From positions 5,689 to 69,688 of the forward strand of contig CAKOKS010000001.1 in assembly GCA_934095845.1 (NCBI GenBank): DNA of 64,000 bases, in the 5' to 3' direction. Each line of letters starts with the position of its first letter. The first letter of the stretch is position 1. Made by a program: the position numbers and the translations under genes. Of the stretch, positions 8,031-16,555 are shown in pieces. Below the pieces are notes generated by a model that worked only from the letters and a program-made list of their open reading frames with translations, had not been told where the DNA came from and did not search any database. Origin of the DNA: an uncultured Bacilli bacterium (GTDB lineage: Bacteria > Bacillota_I > Bacilli_A > RF39 > UBA660).

Positions 8031-10244
8031 ATGAGTATGAAAGAATTACTTGTACCAGTTGGTATCATGAATTCATTAAAAGCTGCAGTTATGAATGGTG
8101 CAGATGCTATATATTTAGGTGGAAAAAAATTTGGAGCAAGAGCTCGTGCAGTAAATTTTACTGATGAAGAAATGGAAGAAGCAATTAAATTTGCTCATCT
8201 TTATGGTGTAAAAATATATGTAACTGTAAATACATTAATTTATGAAAGTGAAGTAGAAAGTGTCTATGAATATTGTAAATTTTTACATAATATAGGAGTT
8301 GATGCTTTAATTGTTCAAGATATTGGACTTATGAATTTGCTTCATAATCGTTTACCTAATTTAGAAATTCATGCTTCTACTCAAGTTCATAATATATGTG
8401 AGGCTGGTTTAAAAATTTTAGAAGATTTAAATGTAAAAAGAGTTGTTTTTGCAAGAGAATTATCTATTGAAGAAATAAAAAATATTAAAACTAACATGGA
8501 AAAAGAAATATTTGTTCATGGGGCTTTATGTATAAGTTACTCTGGAGAATGTTTGTTTTCTTCAATGCTTTTAAATAGAAGTGGTAATAGAGGTGAATGT
8601 GCACAAGTTTGTAGATTACCTTATAAAATAAAAGAAAATAATGAATTTGTAACAACTAATGGAGACTATTTATTATCAACTAAAGAACTTAATACAGTTT
8701 CTAGATTTAAAGAAATTATGGAAAGTGATGTTAAATCTTTAAAAATAGAAGGTCGTATGAAAGACTCTACGTATGTTGCCTGTGTTACAAGAATGTATAG
8801 GAATTTAATTGATTATTATTATGGTAAAGATACTTTAAAAATAGATGAGTATATGCATGATATAGAAGTTATTTTTAATAGAAAATACACAACTGGATTT
8901 TTGTTTAATGCAACTAATGAAAACCTTATGAATATTGAAACTTCAAATCATGTTGGAGTTAAAATTGGTAAAGTTATTAATAAAGACCATAAATATATTT
9001 ATATAAAATTGGTGGAACCATTAAATCAAGAAGATGGTATTAGAATAAAAGAAACTAATGATGGAATGATTGTTAATTATCTTTATGATAAAAAAGGTAA
9101 ACTTGTATCTTCTTCTAATGATATAGCTATAATTGACAATAAAATTAATGCTTCCGTTGGTGATTCAGTTTATAAAACAAGTGATATATTATTAAAGAAA
9201 AAATATGAAATATTACCAAATAGGAAAGTAGATATAGATGTTTTTGTTAAAGCAAGTTTAAATGAAGTTTATATAAAAATAACAGATGGAGAAAATGAAG
9301 TAAGCGAAAGTAAAACAATTGCTAGTAAAGCAATAAATGCTCCAATTACAAAAGAAACTATTTTAAAACAAATAAATAAACTTGGTAACACTCCTTTTAA
9401 TATAAAGAATATTGATATTGATTTAGAAGATAATATATTTATTAATATTAAAGATTTAAATGAATTAAGAAGAGAGTTAATAGAAAAACTTATAACTTTA
9501 AGAGAAAATAAAAAGAAACAAGTAATTGAAAAAGAATATATATCTAAAAAAGAATTTGATTATAATGATAAATTAAATTATTCTATTTTAGTAAGAAATG
9601 AAGAACAATTAAAATGTGCACTTACATTTTTTGATCGTATTTATGTAGATGAAAAGAATCTTTATTTAAAATATAAGGATAATAATAAAGTATATTTTAG
9701 ATGTAGTCGTGTTTTTAGTAAAATAGATTATCAAAATGTTTTATCTACTGAACTAGGCTCATTATATTTAAATCATGGTATAGCAGATTATTATTTAAAT
9801 ATAACTAATCATGAAACAATAAACTATTTAAGCAACTATAGTAAACTTTTAACTTTATCTGTAGAACTAAGTGATGAAGAAATAAGTAATATTATGAATT
9901 TTTATAATAATAAAGCTAATTTAGAAATGGTTGTTTATTCGAGAATTGAACTTATGATTACTAAATATTGTCCAGTTAACTTTTTAACAAATAAAGATAA
10001 AGTTTGTACAAAATGTCATCATAATGAATATAGTCTTGTTGATAGAAATAATGAAGAATATCCAATTCTAACAGATAAAGACAAGCATTTAACACATATT
10101 TTGGATTATAAAATTACAAATAAACTATTAAATTTGAAATATTATTATGATTTAGGTATACGTAATTTTAGGATAGAACTTACAAACGAAACAGAAGAAA
10201 ATATTAATGAAATAATTAATACAATCAAAAAAAGCAACATTTAG
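8031..10244 (+). CDS. peptidase U32 family protein (long form)
   Basis: ELLVPVG...GADAIYLGGKKFGARA...NFT..E...AI.FAH..GVKIYVTVNT, the typical U32 N-terminal core. 737 aa. Confidence 0.9.
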   Translation: MSMKELLVPVGIMNSLKAAVMNGADAIYLGGKKFGARARAVNFTDEEMEEAIKFAHLYGVKIYVTVNTLIYESEVESVYEYCKFLHNIGVDALIVQDIGLMNLLHNRLPNLEIHASTQVHNICEAGLKILEDLNVKRVVFARELSIEEIKNIKTNMEKEIFVHGALCISYSGECLFSSMLLNRSGNRGECAQVCRLPYKIKENNEFVTTNGDYLLSTKELNTVSRFKEIMESDVKSLKIEGRMKDSTYVACVTRMYRNLIDYYYGKDTLKIDEYMHDIEVIFNRKYTTGFLFNATNENLMNIETSNHVGVKIGKVINKDHKYIYIKLVEPLNQEDGIRIKETNDGMIVNYLYDKKGKLVSSSNDIAIIDNKINASVGDSVYKTSDILLKKKYEILPNRKVDIDVFVKASLNEVYIKITDGENEVSESKTIASKAINAPITKETILKQINKLGNTPFNIKNIDIDLEDNIFINIKDLNELRRELIEKLITLRENKKKQVIEKEYISKKEFDYNDKLNYSILVRNEEQLKCALTFFDRIYVDEKNLYLKYKDNNKVYFRCSRVFSKIDYQNVLSTELGSLYLNHGIADYYLNITNHETINYLSNYSKLLTLSVELSDEEISNIMNFYNNKANLEMVVYSRIELMITKYCPVNFLTNKDKVCTKCHHNEYSLVDRNNEEYPILTDKDKHLTHILDYKITNKLLNLKYYYDLGIRNFRIELTNETEENINEIINTIKKSNI

Positions 10245-10255
10245 TTGCTTTTTTT
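10229..10255 (+). terminator. intrinsic terminator of the U32 gene
   Basis: AGCAAC-ATTTA-GTTGCT stem followed by a T run. Confidence 0.75.
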
Positions 10256-10264
10256 CAACACTAT

Positions 10265-10339
10265 ATTATTTATTAATACAAAAAGTTTTTAATAAAATAG
10301 GGGAATGAACAAAAAATATTCCACGTATTAATAAATAAT
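10265..10339. repeat. perfect 15-bp inverted repeat flanking a 45-bp spacer
   Basis: ATTATTTATTAATAC (10265-10279) and GTATTAATAAATAAT (10325-10339). The spacer holds a GGAAT..ATTCC hairpin. Confidence 0.6.
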
Positions 10340-10507
10340 TAAATCTCAACACATGAGATATACTACATAAAATAATTCCGACATTAAGTCATTTAATAAA
10401 TTGTTTAAATGCATTTACTACGCCATAGCCTAGACCTCATATCCGAAAATATAAGAATGCAACTCTAGTAATAAAAATAAATCACATCCTGTGTTTATAA
10501 TTATTTG

Positions 10508-10597
10508 TGGTTTAAGTATGCTTTGTCACCGTTGTTTTTATCTACTACTAAATCCAAACTGGTTTATTCACATTGTTTTAATCGTGAAAAACCTTTT
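10508..10597 (+). ncRNA. candidate small RNA (tentative)
   Basis: TATAAT at 10496-10501. A 10-bp bulged hairpin (10561-10593) is followed by TTTT. No ORF. The strand assignment is uncertain. Confidence 0.2.
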
Positions 10598-10705
10598 AGT
10601 GCACCACCTAGTATAATTATAATATAAATATTTTTAAAAGAAAGTATAAATTTACTAGTAGACATTTTATTTTACATTATTTATAATTTATTTATGGAGG
10701 TAATT

Positions 10706-10909
10706 ATGAAATTAGAAGAATTATGTGAAAAATATGTTTATATTACCTTTCATGATGGTACAACTTTGGAAGGATTACTTGTAGATGTAAAGTCAGTAGA
10801 AGATTATGAAGATATGATTTTTTATAAAACTTTAACTATAAGAGATGAAGATGCCAAATATAACGTTGTTTATTTAAATGAAATAGAAAGTATTGAAGAA
10901 ATAAAATAA
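10706..10909 (+). CDS. small hypothetical protein
   Basis: GGAGG lies 5 nt upstream of the ATG at 10706 (track start 10694). 67 aa. Confidence 0.6.
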   Translation: MKLEELCEKYVYITFHDGTTLEGLLVDVKSVEDYEDMIFYKTLTIRDEDAKYNVVYLNEIESIEEIK

Positions 10910-10925
10910 ATTTAGTATAATTAAG

Positions 10926-10950
10926 TTGCAGTGCCTACTGCATTTTTTTT
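10926..10950 (+). terminator. intrinsic terminator
   Basis: TGCAGT-GCC-TACTGCA stem followed by T9. Confidence 0.75.
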
Positions 10951-11010
10951 TGCTTTTTTTCGTATAATTTTCATGATTATAGTGATATAATAAATTTAGG
11001 ATGTGATAAT

Positions 11011-11595
11011 ATGTTATATAATAGTGCTAAAAGATATAGAAAGACTTGTTTAATCTCTTCTATAGCAACATTGATTTTAGGTGTTGTATTAATGATGGAA
11101 CCAGCTAGTTCCTTAAAAATCATTACTTTAATAATTGGTCTTATGACTTTAATTACTGGATGCTTTTGGATATATGATTATATAAAAGCACCACAAGAAG
11201 AAAAAATGATTAGTAAATCATTACTTCTTGGATTAGTATCTGCTTGTGTAGGAATATATTTAATTATTAATACTGAATCACTTGTAAACTTTATAACTGT
11301 TATAATTGGTTTAACTATAACAATAAAATCAATTGTTAAATTACAATTTGCAGTTAATATTAGAAATTTTTCTACAACATGGAAATATAATTTAGTATTT
11401 GCTCTTTTAGGAATTACTTTAGGAATTCTTCTACTTGCAAATCCATTTAAAGGAGCAGAAGTATTCTTTAGAATAATTGGAGTAGTTATGATAGTGGGTT
11501 CAGTTATGGAATTAATTGAATGTGCATTTATAATGAAAAATTTAAATATAAAAGAAGCTAAAAAAGAATTGCGTTGGGTTGATAAAGATGAATAA
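11011..11595 (+). CDS. HdeD/DUF308-like multi-pass membrane protein
   Basis: Six predicted TM helices with a DUF308-like repeated pattern. The family call is tentative. Confidence 0.55.
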   Translation: MLYNSAKRYRKTCLISSIATLILGVVLMMEPASSLKIITLIIGLMTLITGCFWIYDYIKAPQEEKMISKSLLLGLVSACVGIYLIINTESLVNFITVIIGLTITIKSIVKLQFAVNIRNFSTTWKYNLVFALLGITLGILLLANPFKGAEVFFRIIGVVMIVGSVMELIECAFIMKNLNIKEAKKELRWVDKDE

Positions 11596-13546
11596 AAAAT
11601 TAAATAATTTAGGATATTTACTTAACTTTTCTTCAGTAGTGATGCTAATTGCACTACTTGGTATTTTATTTTCAAATACAAGTATAACTTATGAAATAAA
11701 ATCACTTATATTAGTTGTATTTTCTGTTACTCAATTTGTAATAACTTATATATGTAAGAAAAAAATGAATTTAGAAAACTCAGCTAATTGGTTTTATTCA
11801 ATAGGGTTTATTTCATTACTTATATCTATATTTTCTTTTAGTAACAGTGATTTACTAAATCAATTTTTTAAGATGAATGGAAGTGAATATATTTATTTAG
11901 CAATAATATTTTTATTTATTGGATCATTTTTCTTAATAACAACATTAATATATGATAATGAAAAGTTTATTAAAGTTACTTATGTATCTTTGTTTGTAGT
12001 AGCGTCTCTTTTACTAATATTTTATAAGATAGAATTAACTTTAATACTTTTAATTGTTGAATGTATTTGTTTAATAGCTAATATATGTTTTAAAAAGAAT
12101 AATATATATCCAGTATCTAAATTGTTTATATATATAATTCCATTTATAATTTTCTTAATTATAGATGATATATCACTTTTAAGTTTAATCGAGTTAATTA
12201 GTATAGAAATAATTAATTTAATAGTTATTTTAAAAGATAATAAAGATTTTGAAACTAGTTTATTATGTTTATTATTAATATTTGGAACTCTATTTATAAA
12301 TGATGTTCAATTCTTTAATAGCTTAGATAATGATATATGTATTCCAATTGTAATATCTTTACATTTATTAGTATTTTTACTTTTAGATTATTTTGATTTA
12401 GTTAAAGATAAGTTTTTATATTATGCATATAAAATAATAAATTATTTAGCAATTATTTTTGTAATTGTAGTTGCTACAAAAGAAAGCAACAGTGCTTATA
12501 TAGTTGCATCAAGTTTATTTTTAATAGATATCATATCTGAAATGATTTTATTTAAAAATAAAAAAATAAGTGATTTCTTTTTACCAATAGCTATTTTACT
12601 AGAGATAGTTTGTTCTTTAATATTTGTTCATTATAATTTTATTAAAATAGATTATTCAGTTGGATTATTTATTGTAAATATAGTTTTATTAATCTTATAT
12701 AAATTTAATAAAAGATATGATCTTAAGATTATATATTCAATTCTATTAGTTTTAGTTTTATCAAACTTAGTATATTCAACTGATCATACATTAATAAGTT
12801 ATTTAGTTAATTTAGGTGTTTTAATAGTTGATTATGTATATTTAACTATATTTGATGATAAAAAAGATAGTATTATTGATTATATGTTATATGTATTCTT
12901 ACTTGGGCTTTCATTAGTTGAATTAAGATTCCTAGATATTAATTATATTAAATATTTAATTTTATCTATATTCTATATGGGACTTTTATATAAGAATATG
13001 AATAATAGATTTAAAAGTTCAATATCTTTAATGTTTTTACTTGTAAGTATGTCTTTATATATTAAAGGCGTCATAGCAAATTATTATGTAATTAATATGT
13101 TAGTAGAAATTTTGACTATTTCAGTAATAATTGCTTTAGGTTATATTAATTTTAAAAATGAAAAGAGTAGAGTTATTTTCAGTACTATTTTAATAGATTT
13201 AAGTATGTTAGATTACTTAGTATTAGATAAAAATATTTATACAATTATATTTAGTTTAATAGTTTCTTTAGTAATGTTACTATATGGAATAAAAAATGAA
13301 GAACATAAGTGTTCTTTAGTATCTGGTTTAATATTACTTGCCATATCTATATTTAATGTATTAATGTTTATATCTAATGTACCATTCTTAATATATCTAT
13401 TTATAATAGGTTTTGCATTAATGTTAGCAGTTATGTTCTTAATCAATAATGAAAAAGATGAAGAAATAAATTATTGCAGTAATTGTGGAAATAAATTAGG
13501 TAAAACTGATACATACTGCAGTGAATGTGGGGCAAAAGTAAAATGA
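11588..13546 (+). CDS. large polytopic membrane protein with C-terminal zinc-ribbon
   Basis: More than 15 hydrophobic segments. The C-terminus YCSNCGNKLGKTDTYCSECGAKV is a CxxC-N10-CxxC motif. The ATG overlaps the upstream stop. Confidence 0.7.
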   Translation: MNKKLNNLGYLLNFSSVVMLIALLGILFSNTSITYEIKSLILVVFSVTQFVITYICKKKMNLENSANWFYSIGFISLLISIFSFSNSDLLNQFFKMNGSEYIYLAIIFLFIGSFFLITTLIYDNEKFIKVTYVSLFVVASLLLIFYKIELTLILLIVECICLIANICFKKNNIYPVSKLFIYIIPFIIFLIIDDISLLSLIELISIEIINLIVILKDNKDFETSLLCLLLIFGTLFINDVQFFNSLDNDICIPIVISLHLLVFLLLDYFDLVKDKFLYYAYKIINYLAIIFVIVVATKESNSAYIVASSLFLIDIISEMILFKNKKISDFFLPIAILLEIVCSLIFVHYNFIKIDYSVGLFIVNIVLLILYKFNKRYDLKIIYSILLVLVLSNLVYSTDHTLISYLVNLGVLIVDYVYLTIFDDKKDSIIDYMLYVFLLGLSLVELRFLDINYIKYLILSIFYMGLLYKNMNNRFKSSISLMFLLVSMSLYIKGVIANYYVINMLVEILTISVIIALGYINFKNEKSRVIFSTILIDLSMLDYLVLDKNIYTIIFSLIVSLVMLLYGIKNEEHKCSLVSGLILLAISIFNVLMFISNVPFLIYLFIIGFALMLAVMFLINNEKDEEINYCSNCGNKLGKTDTYCSECGAKVK

Positions 13547-14172
13547 AAAAAGGAATTATTTTTATAATTCTTTTTCTATTGTTTATAAGTCCAGCTAGTG
13601 CAGATGAGTTGATAAGTGCAAAACTGGAAAAGTGTGTAGATGGAGATACAGCTTACTTTAAAATAAATAATGAAAAAGTAAAATATAGATTTTTAGCAAT
13701 TAATACACCAGAAAAGAATGAAGATTATGGTGAGTTAGCAAGCAAAGTTACATGTGAAATGCTTACTAATGCTAAGAAAATAGAAATTGAGGTAGATCCT
13801 AAAGCTAGTAAAACTGATAAATATGGAAGAAGTTTAGGTTGGATTTATGTGGATGGAGTATTACTTCAAAAATATTTAGTAGAAAATGGATATGCTCATG
13901 TTGCTTATATATATGGGAATTATAAATATACAGAAGAGTTATGTAGTTTAGAAAAAGGTGCTATTGATAAAAAAATTAATATCTGGAGTAAAAAAGAAGA
14001 ATATGACGGATATTGTAATAGTTATAAAAAAAGTAAAGATAATGAAAAAAATATAGATAATTTAGATGAACTTGATAATTTTTTAAAAGAAAATTATCGA
14101 GAAGTAATTGGCTTATTATTTACAATTAATATTATATTAATAATAAAATTATATAAAAAGAAGAAATCGTGA
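13543..14172 (+). CDS. secreted, membrane-tethered thermonuclease (SNase family)
   Basis: Signal peptide ..SPASA/DE. VDGDTAYF...RFLAINTPE...D.YGR.LGWIY are SNase motifs. C-terminal TM helix. ATGA overlap with the upstream gene. Confidence 0.85.
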   Translation: MKKGIIFIILFLLFISPASADELISAKLEKCVDGDTAYFKINNEKVKYRFLAINTPEKNEDYGELASKVTCEMLTNAKKIEIEVDPKASKTDKYGRSLGWIYVDGVLLQKYLVENGYAHVAYIYGNYKYTEELCSLEKGAIDKKINIWSKKEEYDGYCNSYKKSKDNEKNIDNLDELDNFLKENYREVIGLLFTINIILIIKLYKKKKS

Positions 14173-14607
14173 TTAGATTTCTTCTTTTAGTTTTTCTTCT
14201 TCTTTTTTTCTAGCAATTATATTTATTATAATAATTGGAACAAATAGAAGCAAAGTCATTAAGTTATCCATTATAGGTTTAGTTAAGTTAATAGAAAGTA
14301 TAAGCATTAAAAACCAAAGACATAAACTTATAAATGAATATTCTTTTTTCTTATATACTATAGATGTTACATTAAATATAACAATGAATGCAAGTATTAA
14401 AAGAATAAGTCCCCAGAATGTTGAAGAGTAAAGAGTTTCTAATAATTTTTCTACTCCTAAAGCATTATATATTAAAGAATCATTATAAGAAAGAGAATCT
14501 GAATATACAAATGCAAGTGTAGAAACAATACTTACTATAAATTCTATTCCTGTTAAAATTAATAAATAAAGACTATGAGTACTTATAATACTCTTTATTT
14601 TTTTCAT
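14173..14607 (-). CDS. small multi-pass membrane protein
   Basis: 144-aa ORF with four hydrophobic segments. Convergent with the nuclease gene, sharing a hairpin across both stops. Confidence 0.55.
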   Translation of the reverse strand: MKKIKSIISTHSLYLLILTGIEFIVSIVSTLAFVYSDSLSYNDSLIYNALGVEKLLETLYSSTFWGLILLILAFIVIFNVTSIVYKKKEYSFISLCLWFLMLILSINLTKPIMDNLMTLLLFVPIIIINIIARKKEEEKLKEEI

Positions 14608-14713
14608 TATATCACCTAATTTATTATAACATAGGTTTTATAAAAATAATGTGAAAATTTATATGATGATAGTAGAAAAATAAATGATATAATATTTTAT
14701 GAGGTGAGTGTTT

Positions 14714-15127
14714 ATGAAAAAAATTATTATTTTATTTTCTATACTTGTACTTTTGTGTGGCTGTTCTAAACTTGATCAAAGCATAATAGATGCTAGAAAA
14801 AATTTAATAAATAATATAGGTGTAACTACAGAAGATAAAATAGTAGTTAAAAATGGTGATGATTATTATGTATATAATATTAGTAATGATTATTCTTATA
14901 TAGCATATCTTTATAAATTTCATAAATCAAAGAAAAGTTACGATAAATATATTCAAAAAAAGGAAAATGTTGAATTTTATCAATTAAAAACATTTGATAA
15001 TTCACTTGTTACTAGAGAAAAGTACTCTTCAGGTAGTTCAACTGGAGATGAATCTATAAGAGAAAAACTTATAAATAATATAAAAAAAGATGATAAAAAT
15101 GAAATTATAGAAAAAAAGGTTCAATAA
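14714..15127 (+). CDS. lipoprotein
   Basis: MKKIIILFSILVLLCGCS lipobox. GAGGTGA lies 6 nt upstream of the ATG at 14714. Confidence 0.75.
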   Translation: MKKIIILFSILVLLCGCSKLDQSIIDARKNLINNIGVTTEDKIVVKNGDDYYVYNISNDYSYIAYLYKFHKSKKSYDKYIQKKENVEFYQLKTFDNSLVTREKYSSGSSTGDESIREKLINNIKKDDKNEIIEKKVQ

Positions 15128-15142
15128 AATTTAGTGTGAAGT

Positions 15143-15168
15143 GAGATGATAAAATTTCATCTCTTTTT
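15143..15168 (+). terminator. intrinsic terminator
   Basis: GAGATGA-N7-TCATCTC stem followed by T5. Confidence 0.7.
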
Positions 15169-15172
15169 ATGT

Positions 15173-15198
15173 GATAATTTATAATAACAAGTGCAACA
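15173..15198. repeat. IS30 left terminal inverted repeat
   Basis: GATAATTTATAATAACAAGTGCAACA. Confidence 0.8.
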
Positions 15199-15280
15199 TA
15201 TGATTATTTCAATAAAAAAGTTCATATTATTACTCATGATATAATGTTGGTGTCTAATCAAACATTAAGGAGTAATAAAT

Positions 15281-16279
15281 ATGAACTATATACATCTTAC
15301 CATAGAAGAACGAGCTTGTATAAGTAAATTTAAAGAAATGAATATGAGTTTAAGAGAAATGGCTAAACATTTAAATAGAAATGTCTCTACAATCTCTAGA
15401 GAATTAAAAAGGAATTCTTATAAAACAGGAATAAATAATTCAGTAACAAGATATGTACCTACTTATGCTAATAGAAAGTATAAAGAAAGAAGAACTAAAT
15501 GTCATAGGTCAATAATAGCAACTAATGCATCAATAGAATATATAAAAACTAAAATAGAATTACATTGGTCTCCAGATCAAATAATTAATAGAAGTGATGA
15601 TAATAAACCAGCTAATTTTCCTTCCATATCCACAATATATAGATGGATTCACTTAGGGTACATTCCAAAAATAAAAATTGAACATTTAAGAAGAAAAGGA
15701 AAATTTAAAAGACCTGCTGAAACAAGAGGACGATTTAATTTAGGTAAAACAATCAAAAAGAGACCTAAGGAAGTATACAAGAGAAATACGTTTGGACATT
15801 GGGAAGCTGACACAGTTGTTTCAGGGAAGTTAAATAATTGTACTTTGAAAAGTAAATACTGTTTTGTTTCTTTAGCAGAAAGAAAAACAAGATTATATTT
15901 AGTAAAATGGATACCTAATAGAAAGGAAGAAACTGTTACTAATGCAATAATAGAATTATTAAAAGATTTCCCAAAAGAAGCGGTTAAAACAATAACATGT
16001 GATCGAGGAAAAGAATTTGCTGGTTGGAAACGAATCGAAGAAGAATTAGAAACAAATATGTATTTTGCGGATCCATATTGTGCATGGCAAAAGGGAACAA
16101 ATGAAAATTCAAATGGATTGTTAAGAGAGTTTTATCCAAAGCAAATGGATTTATCTAAGACAGATGAAAAAGAAGTTCAAAATGTACTTAAACTTCTAAA
16201 TAATAGACCAAGAAAATGCATTAATTATAAAACACCACAAGAATTATTTAATGAGTATTTATGTGAATGTTGCACTTGA
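15281..16279 (+). CDS. IS30 family transposase
   Basis: N-terminal HTH (LTIEERACISKF..MSLREMAKHLNRNVSTISRELKRN). DDE core (HWEADTV, ITCDRGKEF, NENSNGLLREF). Confidence 0.95.
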   Translation: MNYIHLTIEERACISKFKEMNMSLREMAKHLNRNVSTISRELKRNSYKTGINNSVTRYVPTYANRKYKERRTKCHRSIIATNASIEYIKTKIELHWSPDQIINRSDDNKPANFPSISTIYRWIHLGYIPKIKIEHLRRKGKFKRPAETRGRFNLGKTIKKRPKEVYKRNTFGHWEADTVVSGKLNNCTLKSKYCFVSLAERKTRLYLVKWIPNRKEETVTNAIIELLKDFPKEAVKTITCDRGKEFAGWKRIEEELETNMYFADPYCAWQKGTNENSNGLLREFYPKQMDLSKTDEKEVQNVLKLLNNRPRKCINYKTPQELFNEYLCECCT

Positions 16280-16293
16280 TTTGACAAATTATC
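16268..16293. repeat. IS30 right terminal inverted repeat
   Basis: TGTTGCACTTGATTTGACAAATTATC, the reverse complement of the left IR with 4 mismatches. Confidence 0.8.
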
Positions 16294-16322
16294 ATGTGGT
16301 AATATGTACTAAATAATAATAG

Positions 16323-16499
16323 GAAGGTGAGTATACATTAAAAACAATAAATGTAATCCTAGATAGCAGTGATAAAACAACAACATTAACAGGATACATT
16401 GGAGAAAGTCTAGAGAATGAAGAAGGGAAAATCTTACGAATAAGTATAGATGATGACTTAAGTGATTCAACTAAACTAACTTATAAAATTAATAAATAA
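16323..16499 (+). pseudogene. start-less ORF fragment (possible 3' remnant of a lost gene)
   Basis: 58 open codons ending ..LRISIDDDLSDSTKLTYKINK* with its own terminator. No in-frame start codon after the upstream TAG. Confidence 0.3.
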
Positions 16500-16524
16500 G
16501 GAACTTCGGTTCTTTATTTTTTTT
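16498..16524 (+). terminator. intrinsic terminator with UUCG tetraloop
   Basis: AAGGAAC-TTCG-GTTCTTT stem followed by a T8 run. Confidence 0.7.
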
Positions 16525-16555
16525 GTAAAAAAATAAGAAGATTTCTCTTCTTATT
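16524..16555 (-). terminator. intrinsic terminator of the HerA-like gene
   Basis: AATAAGAAG-ATTTCT-CTTCTTATT stem overlapping the stop codon, with a T run on the minus strand. Confidence 0.7.

Larger units (their letters stand above)
15173..16293 (+). mobile_element. IS30-family insertion sequence, apparently intact
   Basis: 26-bp terminal inverted repeats with 22/26 match. Single transposase ORF whose stop lies in the right IR. Flanked by ATGT direct repeats at 15169-15172 and 16294-16297. Confidence 0.9.

Noticed and set aside
10381-10620. Interpretation of the 10.4-10.6 kb gap as a decayed protein-coding gene. One minus-strand frame reads ILGGALKGFSRLKQCE*TSLDLVVDKNNGDKAYLNHK*..
   Set aside because: Stops recur every 10-20 codons, as expected by chance in AT-rich DNA, and I recognise no family. 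This is not excluded, but it is unsupported.
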